64,000 nucleotides of DNA, taken from the NCBI RefSeq assembly GCF_026571515.1, contig NW_026857023.1, forward strand, positions 1-64,000, written 5' to 3'. This stretch comes from Ruditapes philippinarum. Taxonomy: Eukaryota. Positions within the stretch are counted from its first letter, which is position 1; the number at the start of each line of letters is the position of its first letter. Below the pieces are notes generated by a model, which had not been told where the DNA came from, did not search any database, and saw nothing but the letters and a program-made list of their open reading frames with translations. Both the position numbers and the translations under genes were made by a program. Positions 11,546 to 23,614 of this stretch are shown here, piece after piece.

Positions 11546-14500
11546 GCAGTTTCGGACGCAAATCAGGAAGACAGATGGCAGCAAACACAGCACTAGATAC
11601 AATCAACGAGTACCTACTGGAAATACAAATAACTGTAATAACTGTGGGACTTACCATTTAAAACGTGATACATGCCCAGCCAAGGGTCAAAAGTGTTTGT
11701 ACTGTACAAAGTTTAATCATTTCGCAAAAGTGTGTAGGAAAAGAAAACAGGATTTAGGAAGCAAAAATGTTAATGAGGTAACACATTTTAACACAAATGA
11801 TCTTGATTGTCCCCTACCCAGTCATGATAATGACATGTATGTCTATACAGTTGAGCATGACAGCACAACAAATCAAGCATTTGCTAAGGTCAAAGTCTGC
11901 TCAACAGAACTTAATATGAAAATTGATACAGGAGCTCAGGTCAATGTTCTCCCAAGGTCAATATTCAGATCATTAGGCAAATTAGGTCCTGTACTTCCAA
12001 CACAAAAGCAATTAACCGTATACAATGGTCAGCCTCTCAAAGTTGATGGCTGTATCAATCTTCCTTGTACATATAAAGGTCAAATCTCTACAGAAGAGTT
12101 TTACATAGTAGATACACATTCAAGCCCCATTCTAGGTCTTCAAACATGCCTTAAATTAAACTTAATTAAGTTAGTTTTGTCAAATACGTGCACAGTGCCT
12201 ATCACAAAGGAGCAAGTGCTCAGTACTTACTCAGATGTTTTCAACGGAATAGGAAAATTTCCAGGGGAATTTGAAATACAGTTGCGTGACAATGTCACAC
12301 CAGTAGTTCACCCTCCACGCAGAGTTCATATTGCCATTCGTGACAAACTTAAAATAGAGCTTGACAGAATGGAAAGCTTAGGTATTATTACGAAAGTCAC
12401 AGAACCTACAGACTGGGTAAATAGTCTAGTTGTAGTAGAAAAACCTAATGGCTCTTTACGGTTATGCTTAGATCCGAAAGATCTAAACAATGCCATCAAA
12501 AGACCTCATTACCCTAATAGGACTATCGACGACATATTGCCCGACTTGTCAAATGCTACTGTGTTTTCAAAATTAGATGCATGTAGTGGTTATTGGTCTA
12601 TCCAACTAACAGAAAAGTCATCTTACTTGACAACTTTTAACAGTTGTTTTGCAAGATACAGATTCCTAAGACTCCCATATGGCCTAAAGAATGCAAATGA
12701 TGCATTTTGTGCAAAAATGGAACAGTGTCTGGAAAATTTGCCAGGAGTAAGAACAATTGTTGACGACATTGTTGTTTACGGCAAAGATAGGGCAGAACAT
12801 GACCAAAATCTGGACAGACTCTTGAGAAGATGCCAATTAATAGGTATCAAGCTCAATCCCGACAAAACAGAAATAGGGAAAACAGAGTTACCTTTCTTTG
12901 GCCACTTAATTACTGATCAAGGTTTAAAAATAGATCCTGCAAAGGTCAAGGCCATAGCAGAGATGCCATCTCCTACTTCTAAACAGGAATTGCAAACAGT
13001 GCTAGGCATGGTCACATACTTACAGAGATTTGCACCCAAACTCTCAGAAATAACTGCACCCATGAGACAGCTTCTATCTAAAGATGTAGATTTTAGCTGG
13101 GATGCACCCCAAGAAAATGCCCTACAACAGGTTAAAAGCATTATTACACAAAGCCCTGGTCCAATACTCTCTTACTTTGACCCAAATAAGGAAATTACTT
13201 TTCAAGTCGACTCGTCCAAGTATGGTTTATCTGCAGTACTCATGCAGGAGGGTAAACCAGTTGGTTTTGCATCAAAGTCACTTACCCCTACTGAGGTCAA
13301 TTATGCCCAAATTGCAAAGGAATTGTAAGCTATCCTTTTCGGATGTAAAAAATTCCACCAGTACATTTACGGTAAACGTATGACATGTCAAAGTGATCAT
13401 AAACCTCTCCAAGCTATATGGAAAAAAGGCTTGAACTCAGCACCTCCACGACTGCAGCGCATATTACTGCATTTGCAGCCGTATGATATTGATGTAGTTT
13501 TCATCCCCGGGAAAGATATACCCCTAGCAGATTGTTTGTCTCGGAAATTCTTACCAGACACATGCCCAGAAATAGCCGAATCGGCTAATCTAGAAACACA
13601 TGTACACACAATAATGTCGAACTTACCAGTGAGTGACCAAAAAATGGAACAAATTAGGTTAACAACCAAATCTGACCTACAAATGAAAATTCTTTCATCA
13701 GTTATTCATGAAGGATGGCCTAATAATAGAACAGATTGCCCTCAAAGTATTCTGGAATTCTGGAATTTCAGAGATGAACTATCAGTTATAGATGGTGTCA
13801 TCTTAAATAATACTAAAATTCTAGTTCCAGCAGAGCTCAGATCACTCATGCTTGACATTATTCATGATGCACACTTAGGTGTAGAAAAATGCTTAAATAG
13901 AACTCGAAACGTGCTCTTTTGGCCAAACATGGCCACAGACATAAAGAAAAAAGTCCTGGAATGCCCTATATGTATAGAGCATAGGTGTTCAAACCCAAAG
14001 GAACCCCTGAGACCAAATAAAATACCTGATAGGCCATGGCAAATTTGTGCTACAGATCTCTTTCATTGGAATAATTCAGATTATGTGTTATTAGTTGATG
14101 CTTACAGCAAGTACTTTGAAGTTAGTCAAATCTCAAGTACAAAATCTAGTACAGTCATTAACAAATTGAAAAGCTTCTTTAGCAGGCATGGAATACCTGA
14201 AGTATTGTTCTCAGATAATGGCCCCTGTTACAGTGCAGAAAGTTTCTTACAGTTCACAAAACTGTATGATTTTTCTCATGTTACATCATCCCCAGGTCAT
14301 TCATCAGGCAATGGTTTGGCAGAAATCACTGTCAAAACTGTCAAAAATCTGTTTACAAAATCAAAACAAGCAGGAAAAGATCCTTATCTTGCGATGCTGG
14401 AATATCGCAATGCCCCTTTACCCTGTGGAAAATCTCCAGCACAGCTGCTTATGAGCAGACAGTTAAGGTCGACATTGCCATTAATGTCAGAGCAACTTGA

Positions 14501-15047
14501 TCCCAAAGTTCCTGACACACAGGTTATCAGAGACAGCATGTTTAATGCTAAACAAAGGTCAAAATATTATAATGACAGGTCAACTAAAACCCTCAAACCT
14601 CTAGAAATTGGAGAAGGTGTTAGAATTAGGCAAGGAAAAAGTTGGTTACCTGCAGAAGTTATGCATAAAGTTCATGACAGATCTTATGATGTAAGAACAA
14701 AAGATGGTGCAATATATAGACGAAATAGATACCATCTACTAAAATCAAATGAACAACCATTTTCTGAAACTGAGAACAGTTCAAATAATTCATTACACGA
14801 ACCACCTTTAGAAATTAAATCTTATAACACAAAAGTTCATAACCCTAGTACATATGACCCTGCCAATAAAATATTGACACCAGGTCAAGACGCTAATTCT
14901 CAAAAATCCCCTGTTGTCTTACAGTCCCAGACACCAAAACAAACTTCGCCTGTCAAACATCAATCACCCCTGTCTGAGAATGCAGACAATGAATATAAAA
15001 CAAGATCAGGTCGTTGTGTTAAAAAACCTCATAAACTTACCATGTAG
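11502..15047 (+). pseudogene. pol: NC-protease-RT-RNaseH-integrase; in-frame TAA at 13326-13328
   Basis: CNNC..H..C and CLYC..H..C knuckles, KIDTGA, IVDD, VDSS; YAQIAKEL*AI nonsense codon; HHCC and DDE integrase motifs. Confidence 0.92.
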
Positions 15048-15441
15048 AAATTTGTTACTTATACATGTTATTTTAACAATGTTATATTGCCTCTTAAAAT
15101 GAAATATGTGTTTATGTATAGTTTTGCATACAAATATCTCTACAGTACAAAGAAACAATATTATCATTCTTGAGATCAGTGTGAATTTATAGTGACTATT
15201 AGTGTAATGATACACCATGGAACTAGCGTGAATTCAGATATCAATTAAATGGACATTCTACCTCACAGATAAGCCATAAATAATTTGCTGACATTTTACA
15301 ACATCTGTGGAGGAATAGAACTGAGAACATTATCATGGCAATAAAACAGACATTTACATCTATCAGATACAAGTGATATCAACATTATTTGCCTTGAGAT
15401 TCTTTAGAAATTTCTTGTTGTTGTTTTTAAAAGAAGGGAGA

Positions 15442-15663
15442 TGTTTCATATTTAATTCTACATTAAATATATATTGTTTCATATTTAATTCTACATTAAA
15501 TATATATTGCATGCAGTAACTTTAAACTTGATTGTTAGGCTCCGCCTACTTAGTGTACTGACCAATTATATAACTACATATTGTTAAACAGTCTTAGAAA
15601 TAAACTCATAGTATCAACATCTCGTATTCTCTGCATCCACACCAAATTAACACACATAAAACA
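15442..15663 (+). repeat. 3' LTR (222 bp)
   Basis: Preceded by polypurine tract AAAAGAAGGGAGA (15429-15441). Confidence 0.96.
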
Positions 15664-17763
15664 ATAATTTTACTGTTTACTGTAAGTACCGTACTTGTCT
15701 CACTAGAGGGCACTATAGGTTTACTAAATTTGTCTTTCCTTCTATTCTATGAAAACTGAATCTTCAACTATAACTCAAATAGTAAAAAATCTAGGTTCAT
15801 AATACTTGGTATGTGGATTCTGTGACAAGCCCTTGTCTATCATGCAAGCATTAAATGTCTATTTTAATAAGATTTAATTTTGTTTAATAATTTAAACTTC
15901 ATAATTAACACAAAAAATGAACTTAAAACTAAAATTTTATTAAAGTTTATCTTATCTTTTATATATTATTCCAACATGACATTTTTATGATCCTCACTTA
16001 TATAGATCTGAGAGTATATTCTATTTTTTCTGTCTGTCTGTCTGTCTATTACTCTGTGAATAATTATAACATTGGTCATACCAGGGTCGCTGGTTCGATC
16101 CTGGTGCAAGGTGAAATTCCTCCTTGACAAAATTTGATCTTGTACATTAAGTCTAATCATAGTAATGGTCTTTTGTTTTTCACAGTTGATTCAGAAAACA
16201 TGGGATATAAGTATATCTCTTGTGGAGGTATTGATAATTACTAGTTAGTTAGAGCATTGTCAGGTATATTGGGACATCTAATGCATATTTGTTACTATGA
16301 TTTTAAATATGCTTGTTTCAGTATTGGTGTTGAATATTGAGGATATCCAAGAAAGCTGGTTAAATGGAATGACTTCTGGGATCAAAAATGTGATAAAATC
16401 AGTGTTAAAAGCAGGTAAATAAAGAAACAGAATTATTATTGTGCGTTCATTCTTTAAACAACAGCTTTCATATATATAACAAAGAAAGAAACATTTTTTT
16501 TTACCTCTTAATGACCTTGTGACCTTCTATGTTAAGAAAAGTTTATTGTTGTATTGTTTGTTATTCATTAAAAGCTTTGGGACTGGGCTAGTTATGTTTC
16601 ATGATAACATTATATACATGTTCTTTATTTCTTTTTTGTGACCAAACAGCTTACTCAGGAACTGTGACCAACTTAATTTTATTTGTTTTTGCATATTTTA
16701 TTATTATTATCCTAGTCTTTTTTTTCATCAGTCTGTTAGTGATATATTGTTTATTCAGAATATTGATAATTCAGTATTGTCACATTGGACATTTTTTGTT
16801 ATTTTTGTATGCAGAAATTGGAAAGAAATTTATTAAGTTTTAGAGCTGCTACCTCGTTCTTGTAGTAATTTACCACCAGCCTTGCTGTTTAACATATTTA
16901 TATACCATTATGAAAAAGGATATGGACAAAGGTTTTATTATGACATTTAAAAAACAAATTTGATCCCTGGCTCAGACTTGCTATGTTGTGTAGTTATGAA
17001 ATTATATTATCCTATGTTGAATTTATCTATGCTGAACCACATATGATAAAATTTTGAGTGAATAAAAAAAACCCCAAAAACAACAAACTCATAACATGAT
17101 TAAGCAGCTTAAAATCGTAACAATTTTTTTTAAAGTAAAATGAATCTCTATTTTGTTCTTTAGGTGACAACAAAGTTCTTTGGTAATTATCACTGCTTGT
17201 GGATAATATATTTTTATTGACCACTTGAAAAATTAATCTGGTCTCAGCTTTGGATATATTTATTATATATGTTGTATTAACTAACATGTAGTTTGTATCA
17301 AGGATGTAATATTTTAATAAAATTGGGACTGTTACTATATATTGTTTTTTTTGTATTATCTCACTAATTTCAACACATTGAACTTATATAAAAAATAAAA
17401 GATATTTCTGTGGTTTTGAGTCTGTTCAATTAATGAATTCATGCAGTTCCATATTTTATGCTACCCTTACATAAAATAAAGGAAGCCATTGCAGTACAAT
17501 GTGATAAATGCCTTTGTCTGTAAATGATATTGCCACAGATAAAATTCAGAAATAAAAAATTAGACTGCATTTGTTTAAAGCTCTGTTATTGCATTGTATA
17601 ATACTAATAAAAGCTAAGTGACAAAGCAGTTTTGCTTGTTCATACGAGTACATATTACCTGATCATGGTCAATTTCAAATAAAAGACAAAGTTAATATTC
17701 CAGCATGTGAAACAAAATACATTTTATTATCACATGTATTCCAAATATATAGTTCATTGCATA

Positions 17764-20128
17764 AACAACAAAGACAGCGAAGCTCGACTAATAAAATACT
17801 GGAAGACAAAACTATGAAAAAAAAATCAATTATGAATAATTATGTATTAAGTTATAGTAAAAAATAACATTTTTAACAAAAATTCCAAGATCAAGGGGAA
17901 TAATTCTGGAAAAAGTCACGCTAGAGTTATGAACCTTGTCACACAACATGTGTGTAATGATAAGAAATATATATTTGAAGTTAAAAAAGTAAAGAAGTTA
18001 CAATATTTCTTAAAGAAAATCCTAAGTTCAAAGAGAGATAAATCTGTAAATATTGCTTCAAGAGTTATGAACCTCGTCACATAAAATGTAATTGATGAAA
18101 AAAGAATAAGTATTTGAAGTTTGAGGTAGATAATAATCTTTAAAACTAAAAAAGTTGTATTATATTAAAAAATAACATTTTTCAAGTAAAAAAAAATAAG
18201 TTTATGGGGAGATATATCTTGCAATATTGGTGCTAGAGTTATGAACCTTGTCACATAACATGTGGTTAATGATAATATATATATTAGAAGTATGAAGTTT
18301 ATCCTTTAAGAAATAAATAAGTACCAGTAAAAAAAATAATATTTTTTAAGGAAAATTCTAAGTTCAAGGGGAGATAAATCTGAAAATATTGGTGCTAGAG
18401 TTATGAACTTTGTCAGATAAGATGTGGTTGATGAGAAGGAACATATATTTGAAGTATGAAGTTTATTCATTAAGAAATAAAGAAGTAACAGTAAACAAGA
18501 GGGCCATGATGGCCCTGGGGTCGCTCACCTGTACATAGGCCCCCAGGGCGGGGCCAGTTTAAACCAAAGGGCTTTTATTTGAACAAACTTGGAAGACACC
18601 CATTAGAAGATGTTTCATGATGTTAAGTGTTTACTATATAAATACACAAATAATGAAAAACAATGACTTTTGCCCCTCCCCCCTCTCCCTGGCAGGGCCA
18701 ATTTTAACCCAAGGGCTTTTATTTGAACAAACTTGGTAGACACCCATTAGAACATGTTTCATGCTAAATATCTTAGCTCTAGCTCTTTGGGTTCTTTAAA
18801 AGAAGATTTTTAAGTTTTTAATAACTATATGCAATATAGGGAAAATCAATGACCCCCTAAGGCGGGGCCATTTTTGACCCAAGGGCTTTTATTTGAACAA
18901 ACTTGGTAAACATCCATAAGTACATGTTTCATGCTAAATATCTTAGCTCTAGCTCTTTGGGTTCTTTAATAGAAGATTTTTAAGTTTTTACTCTATGTAT
19001 ATAGGGAAAATCAATGACCCCTGGGGCGGGGCCAATTTTGACCCCAGGGCTTTTATTTGAACAAATTTGGTAGACAGCCATTAGAAGATGTGTCAAGCTA
19101 AATATCCTAGCTCTAGCTCTTTGGGTTCTTTAAAAGAAGATTTTTAAGTTTTTACTACATGTATATAGGGAAAATCAATGACCCCTGGGGCTGGGCCAAT
19201 TTTGACCCCAGGGCTCTTATTTGAACAAACTTGGTAGACACTCATTAGAAGATGTTTCATGCTAAATATCTTAGCTCTAGCTCTTTGGGTTCTTTAAAAG
19301 AAGATTTTTTTAAGTTTTTACTATATGCATATAGGGAAAATCAATGACCCCCTGGGGCGGGGCCAATTTTGACCCCAGGGCTTTTATTTGAACAAACTTG
19401 GTAGACACTGATTAGAAGATGTTTCATGCTTAATATCTTAGCTCTAGCTCTTGGGTTCTTTAAGAGAAAATTTTTTAAGTTTTTTACTATATGCATATAG
19501 GGAAAATCAATGACCCCCTGGGGCGGGGCCAATTTTGACCCCAGGGCTTTTATTTGAACAAACTTGGTAGACACTCACTAGAAGATGTTTCATGCCAAAT
19601 ATCTAAGCTCTAGCTCTTTGGGTTTTTTAGAAGAAGATGTTTAAAGTTTTTTCTTTTGGTTGCCATGGCAACCAGAGTTCTGCATGGAATGGAATTCTTG
19701 GAACAACTTTGTTAAGGCTTCACACAAGGAACATCCCTGTGATGTTTCATTATGATCTGCCTCATGGTTTCAGAGGAGATGTCGTTTGAAAAGTGTGAAC
19801 GGACGACGTACGACGGACGACAGACGACGGACGAAGAGTGATCCTAATAGCTCACCCTGAGCATATGCTCAGGTGAGCTAAAAATAGTATTTTTTTAAGG
19901 AAAATTCTAAGTTCAAGGGGAGATAAATCTGAAAATATTGGTGCAAGTGTTTTGAACCTTGTCACATAAGATGTGGATGATGATAAGGAACATATATTTG
20001 AAGTTGATATCTTAAGAAATGACAAAGTTATAGTGAAAATATTTTACTGCACCAAAACTTTAATCTGAAATCTGGACGCCGGGGCGAGTAGGACAGCTCT
20101 CCATATACTTCGTATAGTCAAGCTAAAA
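17764..20128 (-). mobile_element. HINE-like element with ~140-175-bp tandem repeats, hosting a nested element
   Basis: Sub-terminal IR GCTCGACTA / TAGTCAAGCT; AGAGTTATGAACC units; terminal hairpin. Confidence 0.75.
18494..19882 (-). mobile_element. Nested HINE-like element with ~165-bp tandem repeats
   Basis: AACAAGAGGGCCATGATGGCCCT..GCTCACCTG start; (GACG)n microsatellite; TAGCTCACC..GGTGAGCTA palindrome; inserted in an A-run of the host repeat. Confidence 0.82.
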
Positions 20129-21403
20129 AGATAAAAATCAAAACTTGATGATGCCCCCTCGGAAAGTTTTGAAAATAATGAATTATGACTAGGTCAAATA
20201 ATTACAAATTTTTACTAAGTCAAGCGCAAAAACTCTACAAATACCAAAAATACTATAAAATCCACAAGCAAACCACCAGGTGAATAACTACACATGCTTT
20301 ATATGTTTAAGGATATTGGCAGTAAGTTATAACAAAATTTTTATTGTTTTAAATGAGCTTATGAATTTGTCAAAATTGTGGCTTCAGTCTTGAATGGTCT
20401 AAAGACAGCAACAGGCCTGTTCACTCAAGGAGCAATTCTTCCAAATCTGGATGAATTCAGACTTAAATTTGGTTTTAGGAAAAATTTTGAAGTTCACTAA
20501 AGAATCTGTAAAACTAACATGCAAATAAACACCAAGAAAACAGACTAAGAATGGAATGTGATAATTGTGTCAAGAATGAATGAGGATATAATTATTATTC
20601 AATATGCACCGTCACTAAAATCGTGGTATAAACTAAAATGGCTAGGGTGATGTCCATATCACAGTGCCTGGCTTTTATCAGGCATTTTAACATCAGACTA
20701 TCTCATAGAAAGGGGCTTTTCCAAGGGTTAGAAGATCATGGTTAATGTCCCGTTATGCTCCTAGAATTGTGGGGTGCTGGTTACAATCGCTTAGTCCATT
20801 AAACTTACATGTATTTCTTTTAGGAGAAAATATAATGTAAACCTAGACCAATATGGCCTTGGATCTTTTACCAAAGTTTTTCAGATCAAAATGTAAAGAA
20901 AACATGTTTGAAGGCCACTTTTGTGTTAAAGGAAATATGCAAAGAAAAGTCAGATTGAGACACACTTGAGAACCCAAACTCAAACTATTTGTCCTTTTTA
21001 TTTTGATGAGCTAGTGTCTTCATTCTATGTTAGCCTACACTAATCTTTAAACTGTATAAAAAACATTATAACAAGGTTATTACAGCTGATCTTAAGAACT
21101 TTAATGTTAACAAGACTTAGTCTTTCTTTGTTTTGTGACACACTTTTCTTCCCTTGACCAGTATGATACAAGAAACGTCATATCGACCTTTTTCAAAATC
21201 CTCAAGGACATGTATCTAACAACATAATTATCTCCACTTAAAATATTGACCACCTAGTGCCTCTTCCCCTTTAACATTCCTTTTGCAGCAACACAATTAT
21301 CTTCACTAACAACATTAAGATTCTTGTACCCTTTAACACATTCCTTTAGCAACAATACAATCATCTTCCCTTACCTATATACTGTTTATGAATTAAACAA
21401 ATA

Positions 21404-22764
21404 CGAGGGGTGTCCCAGAATTACGTGGACTTTTGCTGTTACTTAAAAACTACTGAAAATAAAAACAAACAAAATTAACATGAACAAAATGCAACTTTAT
21501 TGCATTAGTACAAAAAATGTCAAAGTTGTCCGGCAACTGGATCAGTGTATGTGGGCAGGGTAATGCGACAAGGGGTAGCGGGTGCGGGGCAGTCCATTCC
21601 GACGTTACGTCATTCCGGTGGTGTCGCTAGTTGTTAATAAATGCGTGGCATCGAATGTCAGTTTTTCTCAACATAGTCGCCGCCAAACTCAATACACCTA
21701 TGGTGCGATATATCAACTGGTCGTACACCGCCCTGTATAATAATAATAATAATAAAGCATACTATTAACTTTTGTTACGATAATAGTGTTAAAGTTGACG
21801 GTGATAATGCTGACGCCGTATTATTATTATTACTATTTATCATTATTATTTTTATTATCATTATTTTTATAATAATTATTATTATTATTATTATTATTAT
21901 TATTGTGGAGTTTATTTTGTACGCAAAGACAATGTGCATTAACAAGGGAAATAACCTATCATGCGCACTGCTTACTATAGCAGTTTGAGTTCACTTTCTT
22001 AAAAGCTGAAGCGGATAAATTGCGTTTAAAATAATAAATTGTGATTAGCTTAATTTTTAAAATCATTTTTTTAAACACAAAATTATTGCTTACCCTTGAA
22101 TAGTACTCAGCATTGACCTTGGTGTAACGCCTGTCCCGATCTATGACGTCCTTGACTTCCTTAATTGACGCCTCAGTCAACGTTGACTTGCTCCCACGAC
22201 CCTTGTCGTCTTCAATGTCCTCTCGGCCGTCTCGAAAACGCTTATGCCACTTGAAAACGAGTGATCGACAAAAAGGAGGTCTCACTTTTGCAGTCTCCAA
22301 CATTTCCTGCGTCTGTGTTGGCGTCTTCCCAAGATTAACACAAAACTTGATGATATTCCGATGGTCCGCGTAATCCGTGGACGTCATTTTTTGTTAAATA
22401 TCCAAGAGCAACGGTTCTCAGTTGTCCGCTGGTAAACAATAACAGAAACAGCTATGACGTCAAAATTTCAAACGAACGTTCATATGACGTCACTGCATAT
22501 GTTTACGACGTCGCGCCAATCGTAAATCGCAAGATATACGAAAGTAAAGACAACTTATTAATACAAAATATTGGACTGTCCCGCCCTGTGCATACTGCGT
22601 TACTATAGCGACGTAAAATATAGAGAAGCAATGTTAGAAATTTAAAAATAATGGACATATTCATTAAGGATATGTTAAAGGTATTGTGTACAAATTTGCT
22701 AAAAAATGCATTAAAAAATAAAAAAGTTATAGCAAAAGTCCACGTTATTCTGGGACACCCCTCG
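21404..22764 (-). mobile_element. Mariner (Tc1/mariner) element, internally deleted
   Basis: ~34-bp TIRs CGAGGGGTGTCCCAGAAT.ACGTGGACTTTTGCT; TA TSD; HTH N-terminus (ORF from 22387) fused to KVNAEYY; C-terminal RCIEFGGDYVEK* remnant near 21660-21700. Confidence 0.93.
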
Positions 22765-22791
22765 TATTCTGTTTGGAAGCTAGCCAATTAA

Positions 22792-23262
22792 AGGGATACA
22801 CAGGGAAATAATGACAAAAAAATTAAAATCATCTTATGTACTCAAATCACGCTAAAATGACATTTTTTTTCAGTCCTGGCATGAATTTCTGTATAAATTT
22901 TAAATATTTTGGGTTTAAATCGTAAACATATCTTTATATATTTAACGAAATTTAGGTTGCCAACAGAATCACCGTGTAGATTTAAAACAAGTTTTGTGAT
23001 TTGAACAAACCCTTGAATTTACAATAAAGATATTGTTGAGCCATTCATTTGGCATATTCTTTAGCGGTTCCGGAGTTCACTGTGAAAATGATTGTTAAAT
23101 CTTAACACACCAACCTGACCCACATGGGTCAAGTGAGGAAACCACCATTTTATTCTTTATAAGGAGAAAAGTTTTGTGCCTGTGACTGCCTAGTTTATTC
23201 ATTTTCAGGACATTAATGAAAAATTCAAAACAAAGAAATGAAAATTTTGCCCGTGTCTCCTT
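22792..23262. mobile_element. Degenerate Kolobok-like MITE
   Basis: TTAA|AGGGATACACAGG ... CCCGTGTCTCCT|TTTA. Confidence 0.5.
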
Positions 23263-23614
23263 TTACATGTTTTAAGGTTAACCATTCACTTGACAACGTA
23301 ATAGTCTGTGAATTAAGCAAATACTTTATTTGAAATCTAGGCAAAAATGCCAACAGGAGCTGTCAGTAGTCAGTAGGACAGCACGCTCAACTGTTTGTAA
23401 AACAAGAACCAGTATGTATTGTAAGAATTAACAGAGTAAGATTCTGATCACAAAAATACAAATAATGTACATGACATAATTGTAAGACTTGGATATTAAC
23501 CAAATAATTATGTAAATTTTAAAACAGGGCCTTAATTCATTCAAAATCCATACCAGACTTATCCAAACCAAAACTAAAAGGGGGAAAAAAACACACAAGA
23601 AAAATATTATATAT

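Larger units (their letters stand above)
10657..15663 (+). mobile_element. Full-length Ty3/Gypsy LTR retrotransposon, Steamer-like (Mag lineage), 5007 bp
   Basis: TG..CA 222-bp LTRs; ATAAT TSD at 10652-10656 and 15664-15668; PBS and PPT present; gag-PR-RT-RH-IN order; no env. Confidence 0.96.
9886..17531 (+). repeat. Segmental duplication copy A' (abuts LINE 5' end; interrupted by Gypsy element)
   Basis: Same start and end sequences as copy A. Confidence 0.93.

Noticed and set aside
13326-13328. Programmed stop-codon readthrough in pol
   Set aside because: Lies within RNase H at a conserved Leu; a simple nonsense mutation is more likely
16601-17287. Hydrophobic ORFs in the duplicated segment
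   Set aside because: T-rich UTR-like composition with no recognisable domain
20400-21390. Possible decayed coding or TE fragment
   Set aside because: No sustained frame or recognisable motif
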